Positions 50,527 through 62,050 of a stretch of DNA of 64,000 bases are shown here, piece by piece. The notes beneath the pieces are model-generated. The model saw only the letters and a list, made by a program, of their open reading frames with translations, was not told the DNA's origin and did no database searches. Positions within the stretch are counted from its first letter, which is position 1. Each line of letters begins with the position of its first letter. A program made the position numbers and the translations under genes. The stretch is from Vicugna vicugna (taxonomy: Eukaryota), in assembly GCA_013265495.1 (NCBI GenBank), contig MU058636.1, forward strand, positions 1,984,001-2,048,000, in the 5' to 3' direction.

Positions 50527-50808
50527 ATGGAAGAGCTGTATAGGGCAAGGAGTGGTGGGATGGTGGGGTGGAGAGCTTCCATGCCCTCACCAGCTGTGCC
50601 ACCCTCCCAGCACCTCACTGTGCTCACCAGCCTGTCAGCTCTCCGAATGCCACTCTTCAGGAGTTTTTGTGGAAGTCTGGTTGTCTGGGCATGGCTGATT
50701 AAATCTCTGGCCATTGGTAATTAACTCCGTTGCTGGCCTTTCCCCTCTCCCTGGAAGGCTGGGGGTGGAGCTGAAAGTTCCATGCTTCTAATCAAGATTT
50801 GGTCTTTA
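50527..50808 (-). mobile_element. MER21-like LTR fragment
   Basis: gagcttccatgccctc...gccaccctcccagcacctc...gattaaatctctggccattggt...gggtggagctgaaagttcc...ctaatca is the reverse MER21 signature. Confidence 0.75.
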
Positions 50809-50849
50809 TTTGTTTTTTATTATATACAGCATAGCAGAGCTTTTTATAG

Positions 50850-52250
50850 TATATGATAAAATTTCTCAAAGAGTAAAGGTCCACGACTGCTGAAAGCACT
50901 TTGAAGGTTCTGATTAGGAATCTGGGTGTACTGGGAGAGGAGAGGCTTGATATGCATCTGCAGTAACTAAAAGAGTGTGGTAATGGTGCTGAGTTACACA
51001 CGCTGATTAATGGAACAGACTCTGGAGAGCCCTGGCACACTCTGTGATGGAGGGGGCGCATCGGTGGGGAAAAGGAAGGCTTGGGGAAAATGGTTTTCTT
51101 TAAGGTAAAAGATGATATCATTATCTCAGACCACATGCAAAAATCAGCTCCAAATAGATTTAAGAGCATAAATGTCTAAAACAAAACTTTAAAACGCCTA
51201 CTATAAACATAAATGAATAGATTTAACATTTCATAGGGAAAGATTTCCTATATAGGAGACAAATACAGATTGTTGATGCTTAAAGAAAATACTGATGAAT
51301 TTTATTGAATTAAAAACAGTCCAGGGATATTTGTAGTAAAGGAAAAACTTCAGAGAAGATACTTACACAATTGACAAAGAAAATAAAAACCACAAACCAG
51401 TAAGAGCGTAAAAAACTCAACAGAAGAATGGCCGCAAAATAGGAATAGGTGTTTCAAGAAAGAGGAAGTTCACACAACCAAAAATACGTGCAGAAATGTT
51501 GAACATTACTGATGATTAGGGGAAGACGAGAGATCATTTGACAGTCTGACCGTGGGCAGCGTTAGGATATGGACCTGCGGGTTCTCCAGCATGTTGCTGC
51601 TGGTAGAATAGATGGGTGAGCCTGTAATCAGTTTGGACAGTTCCTAAGTTGAATATCTGTTACCCAGTGATTTAGCAGCTCCGCTTCTAGATGTAGGGAA
51701 GCTGTACATTTTTAACCAGAGAATGTATGAAGTACTCATAACATCACTGCTCGCCGTCGCAGATACCGCGATCACTTCAGATGCCCATCTTGAAGGACAG
51801 CCGATGGATTAGCTGATACTGTCAGACAGTGGGATGTTAAACAGTAGTTTAAATGAAGAAAGGACATTTCAGAAAGAAAGCAACAATACAGAAGAATCTT
51901 AGTAATGTAATGTTAGGGGAAAAAAAATGAGTTTCAAAAGCTATATATAACAGGGAAGGGTATAGCTCAGTGGTAGAGTGTGTGCTTACCATGCACAAGG
52001 TCCTGGGTTCAGTCCCCAGTACCTTCATAAAAAACAAACAAATAAATAAATGAACCTAATTAATTACACCCTCCTGCTAAAGAAATTTAAAAAAGGAGAG
52101 AGATTACATTTAGTATACCTTTTTATGAAGTTAAAATTTATATATGTATTTGCATTTATATATATGTATATATACATACACAGTCTTTTGAGGAGTACAT
52201 ATAGGTGTAATAATACTATATAAAAAGGGGAGGAAGAGAGAAGGACGGCG
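50850..52250 (+). mobile_element. Old L1 (L1ME-like) ORF2 3' part and 3' UTR, sense
   Basis: ctcagaccacatgcaaaaatcagctccaaatagatt...tacccagtgatttagcagctccgcttctag...gaatcttagtaatgtaatgtt; interrupted by a SINE. Confidence 0.7.
51953..52094 (+). mobile_element. tRNA-derived SINE (vic-1-like, camelid)
   Basis: GGGAAGGGTATAGCTCAGTGGTAGAG...CAAGGTCCTGGGTTCAGTCCCCAGTACC plus aaataaataaatgaacctaatta tail. Confidence 0.88.
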
Positions 52251-52917
52251 GCGGTTAGAGAGAACCGTATATTTAGATGACAGTTAAAGGTCTGAGGTTT
52301 TGTTTACTGTGTGTTTTCTTTGGGGAATGTGGTAGGCAAAGTTGTTTTGATTTTTCTTTTTAATTTTTTAATATTTTGCTAGGGATTAAAACTATTCCAC
52401 TGAATAGTTTGAGAGTTTGATACAGATTGCCATATTTGCACATGCACATAGACACGGGCGTATTGCATATATACTCTAATTTATTGTTATTTGTTTTGAA
52501 TTTTTTGTTTAAAAAGCAGAATTCATATGCTTTAACACCATTGTCTACGTTTTGTACAAAATAAAATGTTTAAAGAAGAAATCTGTCTTGATTTTTATTT
52601 CACAGCAGAATCAGTAATGTTTAATATCTCTAAGTGATAGTGCAAATTGTTTCTAATAACTGAGAAACAAGAGTTGTGCTATAAAAGATAAATATTTTTG
52701 AGTTCATGAAATCTAGTTGTTCCTTGGTTGTTTTATAATGCCTATTTTTATTGATAGTGAAACCAGTTTGTTCTATAGAATTGTTATGAATGTAGACATT
52801 GTTGTAGGATATAAAGTGTGTTTGATACTGATAGTTTATAGATTTGATTTCTCTTGATTACTCTGAGAGACTGTGAATGCCTGCAAGTTAAAGTCATGTT
52901 CCTGTGAATTACTCTAG

Positions 52918-53079
52918 CAGTCCCTACAGAAGTTGACAGCTACCATAGCCTCTTCCCTCTAGAACCACTGCCACCACCCAACCGGATACAGAAATCAAGT
53001 AATTTTGGATACATTACGTCTTGCTACAAAGCTGTAAACAGCAAAGATGATCTGCCATATTGCCTTCGGAGGATTCATG
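52918..53079 (+). CDS. PAN3: PAN3 exon 10 (162 nt, phase 1-1), start of the pseudokinase N-lobe
   Basis: ctctag|CA GTC...CAT G|gtgagg; (A)VPTEVDSYHSLFPLEPLPPPNRIQKSSNFGYITSCYKAVNSKDDLPYCLRRIH(G). YCLR occupies the position of the kinase VAIK motif. Confidence 0.97.
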
Positions 53080-53315
53080 GTGAGGAAGATAAGTTATCCT
53101 CTCTTAGGAGCGTATTATTGAGGCTAAGATTACTCAGACATTCCTGAATAGGTTTAGTTATTTAACATGAATTTAAAGGATAATAAATAAGTGCATTATT
53201 TCATCTGGATAGTAGTATCTCATAAATGATGTATAACATGGCCTTTTCTTCACATTTCTGATGAAGTAAGGGGAAGGTGTCATTTACAGCTCAGTAGAAA
53301 AATTTTCTTTTTCAG

Positions 53316-53432
53316 GTTTTCGTCTTGTTAACACAAAGTGCATGGTATTGGTTGATATGTGGAAAAAAATTCAGCATTCAAATATTGTAACCCTGCGTGA
53401 AGTATTCACCACTAAAGCGTTTGCAGAGCCTT
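53316..53432 (+). CDS. PAN3: PAN3 exon 11 (117 nt, phase 1-1), pseudokinase
   Basis: tttttcag|GT TTT...CCT T|gtaagt; (G)FRLVNTKCMVLVDMWKKIQHSNIVTLREVFTTKAFAEP(S). HSNIV corresponds to the kinase HPNIV motif. Confidence 0.97.
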
Positions 53433-53516
53433 GTAAGTAGTTTGTAATTGTTCTGCTGGAGGGCTTCAGGATTTGAAGCCAGCTTGCAGTAATGAGTGTT
53501 TGTGTTTTATTTTAAG

Positions 53517-53618
53517 CCCTTGTGTTTGCGTATGATTTCCACGCCGGAGGAGAAACGATGATGAGCAGACACTTCAATGACCCTAATGCCGATGCCTATT
53601 TCACAAAGAGAAAGTGGG
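53517..53618 (+). CDS. PAN3: PAN3 exon 12 (102 nt, phase 1-1), pseudokinase hinge / ATP-binding segment
   Basis: ttttaag|CC CTT...TGG G|gtaaga; (S)LVFAYDFHAGGETMMSRHFNDPNADAYFTKRKW(G); preceded by an 84-nt intron. Confidence 0.97.
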
Positions 53619-54821
53619 GTAAGAAAAGATTTCAGCAAGCTGTGTCTGACACATGTCTTTGCTCTGTGGAAGAGTAGTTTTGTATTTTAAAATACATGTG
53701 AATTTAGCCCTGTAATCATTCAGCTTAAAGACTTTACGGCATTTAAAAAAGAAATATATTAAAGAAATGGAGACAATACGTAACAAATTAGGAAATAATG
53801 TATTATGTGTACAGACTGAGATAAAGATGGGTTGTAAAAGAATCATGTAAATATTTGAAACTTAAGTGACTGAAACTATGATGAAAGTTTTTTCCTCCTA
53901 AAATTTTTTATTTTTCAAACCTACAATGCTTTCTGAATAAAGATGGTTTGGAAAATTCAGTAAATTGAAAAATAATCCCTGTAACTTCATCACTGAAAGC
54001 ACAGCCATGTTTAAATCTTGTGGATTTCTTCTCAGTCTTGGTCTTACGTTTTGCCTTTGCATTGTCCAGCGTGACTGTGTGCCATTTATGAAATTATTTC
54101 CCTAAACAAATGCTTTTGCTTAAAGGTAGGATTCCATGTTACTTAAAGAATTAGTCTTCAAAACAAATATTCAGGTAACTTTTACTTTAATGGAGAATAC
54201 TTATTTTGAGGGGGGCCCCTTTCTAATATTTACTTGAAGAATTGTTTTATAGTTCAAATATTACACAGAACCAAAATATTTTAATTACATTCTAACAAAT
54301 GTTTATTAAAGTATAAAATCATTTCAGAGTAAAAATCCTTTTAGAGATGTCTATTAATTTATTTATTTGCAGAAGGAAAATGTATATATCATTTTCCTGT
54401 TTGGGGAAAGAAAAGAAACATTACCTTCTTTGCTATGGTTTTTAATTTGGTTAAGATTTTTCTGACTATATCCTGAGAGAAAGTGAGGAGGGAGAAGACT
54501 TGAGTCCATGTTCCAATCTCTTTTGGATCGTGACTCCTTTAAGGACCGGCATTATGGATAAAAATATGTTACTTCTGTTTACTCCTAACTGCTTTCTGAC
54601 AGTTGGAAGAAGAAAGCTGTGGTTACATGGCTGTTTCACATTAAAACTCTGGTTGCATAGTGTGGGCATGTTTTCCCTTTTTGCCGTGTCATCTGGAGCA
54701 CATACATAATTTTGTTGAAGGGGATGTGGTATAACTTTTCCTATAGATGAATATAGCTGGAGTTGTTTAAGTTTATTTTAGTAATAACATCTGTGAAATG
54801 ACTGTTGGCTTTAATTTATAG

Positions 54822-55035
54822 CTGGGTTTCTTAACCTCAGCACTGCTGATGTTTGAGGCTGGATCCTTATTTTTGTGGGGCCATCCTATGCGTTGCTGGG
54901 TGTGCAGTAGCATCCCTGGCTTCCACCCATTGCACACCAGTTACAACCACCTCCTCCAGTTGTGACACCAAAAATATCTCTAGACACTGCTAAGTGTCCC
55001 CAGGGGGCAGAATTGACCCCTGTTGAGAACCGCTG
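54822..55035 (+). mobile_element. MER20 hAT DNA transposon, full length
   Basis: tttcttaacctcagcactgctga...agcatccctggc...gttgtgacaccaaaaatatctctagacactgc...gttgagaaccgctg; 8-bp TSD ATTTATAG/ATTTATAA. Confidence 0.9.
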
Positions 55036-56138
55036 ATTTATAACACTCCTTTCCAGTGTTTTTTTTTAATCTTAATTATTCTGTTGTAAGTGTTGACTGG
55101 TTATTTGATACAGTATGTTTACATTTTTGCAGGAATAAGTTCTCTTTCAGATATTTGAAAGTGTTGTTTAAAAGTTAGTAACTTCCCCAAATGTACCATA
55201 TGTACTTAAATCACAGCCACTTGTATTACAAGGCAACCTTCTGTTTTCCCAGTGTGAATATTTAACAAAGAAGGAAAAAAAGGCCAGTGTTCGTTTAAAC
55301 TTGTAGAGACTTAAGTGGAAGTCTAATGCTTTCTTATATTATTTAATTTGTTAACTTAGCACAAACTGAAAAATCTCATTTTGTAAGATGCAGTAATTAT
55401 GAAATGGGAATAATAATGCCATGCCGTGCAGGGATTGTGGAGAGAAGTTTACAGTGACAGAATCTGGCACACTGTGAACTGTGTTTGCTATAAATGCTTC
55501 TTTTCCTATTACCACATTTATTAAATACTTCTGTTAAAACTCTTCATGCTCATCTTTGTCTTGGCTTTTATCACTAGAGCCACTTATTGAGTCATCTAAC
55601 ACTGTTTTCCAGGTTATATTTTTTCATTCTGTCTAAATTGAGGGATAGTAGTTTTTGAATTTTGTATTTGCTTTTCCCTAGAAATTTTGTCACAAGCCAT
55701 AAGTACTTATTTGTTGTTTATTTTCTCCACAGTTAACCATATAACTGTGTTTCTTTTATAACAGATTCAGAAAAAGTTTGTTTACAACCATATGAGCACT
55801 TGGATTATCAGGTCATATTCCCTGAAATAATTGACAGAATCTAGATTAAATTTTTATGGCTCCTTTCCTACTGATTAACAGTGATGCAGAAAGTAGTATT
55901 AAGAAGCACTTCCAAGAGTTGAGAGAATCAAAAGGATCACTTTCCATGGTAGACCAGATTACTTTTGTGTTTCATCATTACACATAAGTGACATATTCGG
56001 TGTTTTACATTCATGTTTTTGTGAATTGGATGCCATCCTGTCTAACCGACGTGGTGTAGTAGAGGAGGCTGAGAATTAAGAACGATAAGAAACTTTTTAA
56101 GTTCTTACTTTTAAGTTCTTACTAAAAACCTAAACTTA

Positions 56139-56143
<5 letters not shown>

Positions 56144-56205
<62 letters not shown>
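56144..56205. repeat. Compound microsatellite (TA)23(CA)8
   Basis: Perfect runs at 56144-56189 and 56190-56205. Confidence 0.95.
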
Positions 56206-56324
56206 TAAATTAACAAGTTGTGCAGTGAATGAACATGAATTTTCTTTGTTAATTTTGGTTTGTTTTAGTCTTTTAGCTGATTACTTAAGTAAAGATGCCA
56301 TTTTAAAATTTGTTTGTGTTATAG

Positions 56325-56490
56325 GTCAACATGATGGACCTCTGCCCAGACAGCATGCTGGGTTGTTGCCAGAATCTCTCATTTGGGCATATATTGTCCA
56401 GCTGAGTTCTGCGCTGCGTACCATTCATACAGCAGGTTTGGCCTGTCGAGTTATGGACCCAACGAAGATTCTGATAACTGGCAAAACGAG
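56325..56490 (+). CDS. PAN3: PAN3 exon 13 (166 nt, phase 1-2), degenerate catalytic loop
   Basis: gttatag|GT CAA...ACG AG|gtacta; (G)QHDGPLPRQHAGLLPESLIWAYIVQLSSALRTIHTAGLACRVMDPTKILITGKT(R). CRV replaces the kinase HRD. Confidence 0.97.
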
Positions 56491-56764
56491 GTACTAGCAT
56501 TTTGAGTGTTGGCTTCTTTATTGAGCATCTGACCTATGAGAGCTCAGTAAACATAGCATGATGATTTGTTTTAATTCTACCTTTTCATATATTCCATCCA
56601 GAAGAACTGCTGTGACTTTGGTTTCATTTGTAAGTTTTTTTAAAATGTTGACTTCTTAATAAAATGCTGATTGTTAACCAAGATCTTATAAGGGTTTGGG
56701 AGGTATATATGGTTAGGGTTGGGCAGATATCTGAGTAATACCAGTACAGCTTTTCTATATGCAG

Positions 56765-56946
56765 CTGTGCTTCTCAGGTTTTGGCGTGAATCTGAGTCAC
56801 CAGCAGGCTCAGTGAGCACAGGCTGCTGTGCTCTGCCCCCAGAGTTCTCAGTCAGGAGGTCTGGGGCGGGCCTGAGCGTGTGCATTTCTGACCCGTTCCT
56901 GGGAGGTGCTGTTGCTGGATTGGGTCCCATGCTTTGAGAACCACTG
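56765..56946 (+). mobile_element. MER5A-like hAT DNA transposon
   Basis: ggtctggggcgggcctgagcgtgtgcatttctgac...tttgagaaccactg terminus. Confidence 0.8.
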
Positions 56947-57029
56947 ATGCAGAGTTAAGTAAAACAGACCTTGACATTAGCAGGATTTTTATTTGAGTTG
57001 CTGAAATTTTGAGAATTGTCTTGGACAAC

Positions 57030-57500
57030 CTGGCATAAAAAGCTCAAGATCCAGTTGCAGGTTATTTGGGTTCATATCCTGGCTCTGTTCGTTAACTAAC
57101 AGCAGGTTACTGGACGGCTTGGTGCTCAGCAATCCGTGAGACAGGCACTGTTGTTGCCTCCATTGTCCGTGTTTATAAGATACCTGCCGCGTAAGATTAT
57201 TGAGAGGATTGAATGAGTCAATACATATAAAATGCTTTGAGTGGGGCCTAGGACCTTTTCAGCAAGTGTTATGAAACTAAGTCTCTTTTCTTGAATAACT
57301 AATAAAGCAGCAGCTTGGTGTGGTGAAAAGACCACTGGCCTGGTAGTCCAAAGATGTGAGTTATAGTCCTGGTTTCACATGTTCCTGACTTTCATAACCT
57401 TGTCTCTTGATACCTGTGAGCCTCAATTTCCTCATCTCTAAAGTGGGGATGGACAGGAAGTAAGACCAGATAGTGTTCTGAGATCCTTGCTGTTATAGGA
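57030..57500 (+). mobile_element. Two adjacent MIR SINEs (~57030-57270, ~57305-57500)
   Basis: tgggttcatatcctggctctg...attattgagaggattgaatgag, and gagcctcaatttcctcatctctaaagtggggat cores. Confidence 0.7.
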
Positions 57501-57573
57501 AATGTTAAAGTTCCACTAGTATATAATTTTTTAAAATCTCATTTTAATTATTTTAATTTTCTGGTCTTCAAAG

Positions 57574-57664
57574 GTTGCGAGTAAATTGTGTTGGAGTTTT
57601 TGATGTTTTAACGTTTGATAACAGTCAGAATAATAATCCATTGGCATTAATGGCTCAATACCAG
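57574..57664 (+). CDS. PAN3: PAN3 exon 14 (91 nt, phase 2-0)
   Basis: cttcaaag|G TTG...CAG|gtgagt; (R)LRVNCVGVFDVLTFDNSQNNNPLALMAQYQ. No DFG motif, consistent with a pseudokinase. Confidence 0.97.
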
Positions 57665-58852
57665 GTGAGTAAGAATTAACATGGATACTTTCTTAATAAC
57701 TGAAGGCTTGATTTTTTTAAGATAAACTTTATTTTAAGGTATTTCAGGGTTTTAAGTCTAGATTTCAATTTATTCTGGGGTGATCTCTCTGCAAATTTTG
57801 AACCTGTATTCTTAATCACTGTGATGTGTTTAGTGTAGAGCCCTTATAAGTTGGGATACACAGAATTAATGACAGTGTTAGAGACAGTAGCTGTTCAAAT
57901 GAAAATGCATTTATAGGACTAGGAGATTTGTCCTCAGCATAGATGAAAACAGATTACTTAGCTAAATGAAACATATTAAATGACATTGTACTTTTTCCCA
58001 CTTTTTAATGTGTTAAAATCACACCTAGTTTTTACTTTTAGAACAGTTGTCCCACTACCAATCCAAAAATTTTATTTTCAAAGGAATATTGTTGTGTTGC
58101 CATTTTCTAAATAATTTTTTTCTTTTGCTTAATCAAAGCCTGTCACTCATGTCTTGTACATTGTTAGAAGTTGGTTGCAGAATGACTGCATAACATTGTG
58201 GATTTAGGTCCCATTATGTTCTTAGTTATTGGTTCTTCTTTCTTGATTAACACAAGGTGTGGGAGAGTAAGAATTTATCTCTGCAAGGAGCACTAAGTGT
58301 AGTTGCTTTTGCCTTGATTGCCCTATGGAAGTAAGGTAGCTGTTTAAAGTGAATATATCATTCAGCTTGTCCCACAGTGCTTTATGTTTGTTTGGAGGAT
58401 ATGCAAAGCAGCTGTCATTTTAAGATAATGTTAGTTTTTTTCATGTAAGAAATTTCTGGTGTTTCTGAATATTTATTAACTTACAGAGGTTTGATATAAG
58501 GCAGAATCTCTTATTTATGTGGAGAAACAAGGAGAAGACCATCTTACCTTCCACTGCCCTTCTCTTTTCATTTTCTTCTGTTTAAATCTTTGAAAGATTT
58601 TAGTTCACTATATAAGACAAAATTTCAGAACAAAAAGGAAAGCCAGAATGAGCAGTAGAGTTTAAGTAATGTTTAGTATTCCAGTTAATTCATGCATAAA
58701 CCTCTTCCTTTTTCTACTGGACCACGGATGGTGCAGTCCCCAGACTTGAAGGCGCTCATCACACTCAGTTGCCATGTAGCCCTTTCACAGCCTGGTCCTT
58801 CCCCTCTGCTGGTTCCCACTAACCGCGGCAGCAGCCAAGCTGTCCTGGTTGG

Positions 58853-58869
58853 TAGCGCCATCTAGTGGG
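58853..58869 (-). promoter_or_regulatory. CTCF binding motif
   Basis: Reverse complement CCCACTAGATGGCGCTA matches the CTCF core CCASYAGRKGGCRS at all 14 positions; lies in a GC/CpG-enriched patch with no repeat I recognise. Confidence 0.7.
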
Positions 58870-60892
58870 CACTGCGTGGAAGACTCAACCCCCACCAAAC
58901 CCCGACCCACCACTGTCTTCTGCCTAAGGGAGTTTACGCCTTCTTTCTTATCTAGGATGGTTGTTTCTTAGCTACTTTTCTGCTTAACTTCTGTCTTACA
59001 CTTAGTGCCTAAGTAATTGGCTCTGAAATTTTTTCTTATAATCTTTGTGCTCCTGAAAGTGACTGTTGACTGTTAAAATACTAGTGATCTTTATATATAT
59101 CCAGGAAAATAATATTAAACTTTTGAAGAGAATTTAGGCATTGTTTAGAACCAGTGCCATCAACCTCTGTTGCAAGTGTTTGGAAACCCCGTGTCTATAT
59201 TAGGTTTTGTTTTGTTTTGTTTTGTTTACAAATGTAGCCTCACAGTACCTCTTCATTCTTCTCTATTCTGAGTAGAATTCCTTTTTTAAAAATTACTAGT
59301 GTAAGGTAAGAATAGTTTGATTTTATTTTTCTGTATCAAAGTGTTGTTTTCCATTTTTTCTTTGCAAATGTACATAATTTGCATCATGTTATGGGTTGTA
59401 TAGTTACCATGAAAAACAGCTCTTCTTAAGAAAAAATAATTCCAGAGTTCCAAACAAACAGCTTTAAAGTAAGCATTTGGGGCAACTGACTGGTAAGTTA
59501 GGAACTGCCTTCATTCATAACTCAGGCTGCTTTCAGCCACTTGTCACCTTCCCTTTATTTTTCAGTGGTAGAGGACATATCAGGTTTTCGTTCTTTCCTT
59601 TTTTTGGATGGGTGCATATATGTAGAAGATTTTTCATATAGCTTATAGTAAGGTACAGGAGACAGTCCCAAACAGGGGTTTGTGATTTTTACAGAGAAGA
59701 GGGTGCATGAGAAAGGAGTGCATTGTTTCTTGTAGTCTATTTTTCATAGTCTGTTTCAGATACGTGAATAGAGACTGACTTTCAGTAAAATGTACATAAG
59801 TAGAGCCATAGATAGAATCAGAGAATAACCAAGAAATCAAGAATCAGGAAGAAACTGAAAATGAGTTGGGGGGAAAGCCTCCAGAATTCAGCAAATGAGG
59901 GGAAAGCCAGGTGGAGGTAAGAAGCAAAGTAGCAAATGGAAAATTGTTAAGCTGGGAAATAGGAAAGGAGAGCTATGGACTTTCTCTGCTGTCAAACTCT
60001 CTTAATTAAGCAGGGCTTCACTAATAACATCTTTCATTTAAAATCAGTTCTAATTTAATCTGGATTTCATGTCATGTGTACTTCATTCCTACTAGTTGGC
60101 GTTCCCACCTTGAGCCAGCTTTAGGAAGGTGGTGGGATGTGCTCAGAATGAGAACCCATACAGCCTGTCAGTTGTCTTCACGTTCGTCTTCCCGTGGTAC
60201 AATAGGGAACGATGAGATGTTCTAGGTAGATTCAGGGTGGAGCGAAACCGGAAGTTCTGCTGTTTAGGGCTGGGAGGCTGTGTGTCGGCACGTGCTCCCC
60301 AAATACCTGATACATACCAAGAACCTTGAGCTTGCTTGACCGGTGGCTTTGGATTGAAACGCTTGTACAAATTTCTAATGAGCATTTACGTGCGCTGATT
60401 TCTCTTGATCAGCATTTTTGTGATTTCATCAACACGGCTCGGAATATTTTACTTTAAAGAATGTTCATTCTCGAGAAGGGTTGAGAAAGATCCTCCTTGA
60501 GTTCACTCCCAGCAGTGCCCTCCAGAGAGCATAAGCCGTGGCAGCAGGGTGAGAGCCCCTCCCTCCTGCCGGTCTGGGCTCCTGACTCTCCCACGGATGA
60601 GGTTTTAGTTTTTCTGGCACGAATCCTTGGCATCTCTTGTCCTGATAGAGTCAAATTGTTTGTCTAATCAGGTTCAAAGTGTCTGATTTACAGATGCTAG
60701 TTTGGGATAAATTTTTAAATGTGAATTTTTATGTGTTATTTTAGTAAGGGATTTATTTTACTTCCGTTTGTTCTTTATTATTTGTGTAGAATGTTGCTAA
60801 GGATAGCTTTATCGTCCTAAAGTTTCATTAGCGATTGCCTTGGAATACTCCCTTGATTTCTCACGTACACCATTTATGTACATCCACAAAAC

Positions 60893-61075
60893 CAGTGGTT
60901 CTCAGCCCTGGCTGCATATCTGTCTCTTACAAAGCTTTGAAAAGTACCACCATGTGGCTCTTACCCTAGACTAATAACGCCAGAACTGGAATGAAGGGAC
61001 AGCCTCTGGGTGACTCGGTTTGTTGTTTGAGCTCCTCCAGTGATTTTAATGTACAGCTAGGTTTGAGCACTCCTG
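60893..61075 (+). mobile_element. MER5B-like hAT element
   Basis: cagtggttctcagccctggctgcat...gtgattttaatgtacagctaggtttgagcac. Confidence 0.7.
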
Positions 61076-61769
61076 TAGTAAAGCGCTGTTCTGTAAATAA
61101 ACACGTATCTGGTAATTCCGATGAGATCCAGGTTTTGAAGATTCGTGTAAATTTTCTGTAGAAATTACTTCAGACGATTTCACTGAACTCTGAGCTCCTC
61201 CACTCTCTAGGAATATGATCATTAATAGCTACCTGCGAGGCAGGGCCACTTGGGGTGACCATTCTGTTTCCTGGAGTTACAGTGGGTGATTGAGAGCTTA
61301 CCTCAGTTGAGCCAGCTGTCTTTTGAAAATCCGTTTAGAAGGAAAGCCTGAGAGTGGCAAATCTTTTTTTATTATTATTTTTTTAATGGGTAGGAGACCA
61401 GGTGGTTACAGAGCTCAGTGCTTTTTTACAGTAAAAGTTGTCTATTTGGAAACGAGGGCAGATGGTTTGCAGCGTTTCCGATGTCCTGGAGGATGTGTTC
61501 TGAAGTCAGGTAATGCTGATGCTGTGTTTGAAGTAAGGGAGTAACTTCTCTTCAAGTAATTCTTCAAACTCCCACTATATTTTGTGCTTCATGGGAAATG
61601 AGAAAAGTGCCTGTCGTGAATTGTAATGATCACTGCAAAGCAACTGTATGGGTAACCAGCCTTAAATTTCTTGTGATAGTAAGAATATCTGTTCTATTTA
61701 GATACAAAAATTAGAAAGAAAAATTTTTAAGCAGCAGTTCTGTAGTTGGCATGTGAATTGCTTGGAATA

Positions 61770-61935
61770 ATGTTTCTTAAAATATCACCTTAATGAGAAT
61801 TACCTGGGTGCTTTAAAAATGTTGGGCCTGTTCCTGGACCTGCTGAATGAGAACCAAGGGTGGAGTGGCTCACAAGTGGCCTTTTTAATGAGCTCCCGGG
61901 TGATTCCGATGAGCACCAGTGTTTGACAGCTCTGT
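61770..61935 (+). mobile_element. MER5-family hAT element, degraded
   Basis: gagaattacctgggtgctttaaaaat...gagctcccgggtgattccgatg...gtttgac. Confidence 0.55.
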
Positions 61936-62050
61936 GCTGTTTTTCAGCCTCTTTGTACAAATGCTTTTTCCATGCAGGCAGTAGTGTCAGTGTATTAAAT
62001 TTGTACCTACAAAAGAAAAATTAAAAGTTATATTTATTCTTTCATGTCAG

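Noticed and set aside
53433..53516. 84-nt intron (multiple of 3) as an in-frame retained intron
   Set aside because: Retention reads TGT AAG TAG, an immediate stop.
56092..56123. Short tandem duplication of TTTTAAGTTCTTACT
   Set aside because: Ordinary slippage-type duplication next to a microsatellite.
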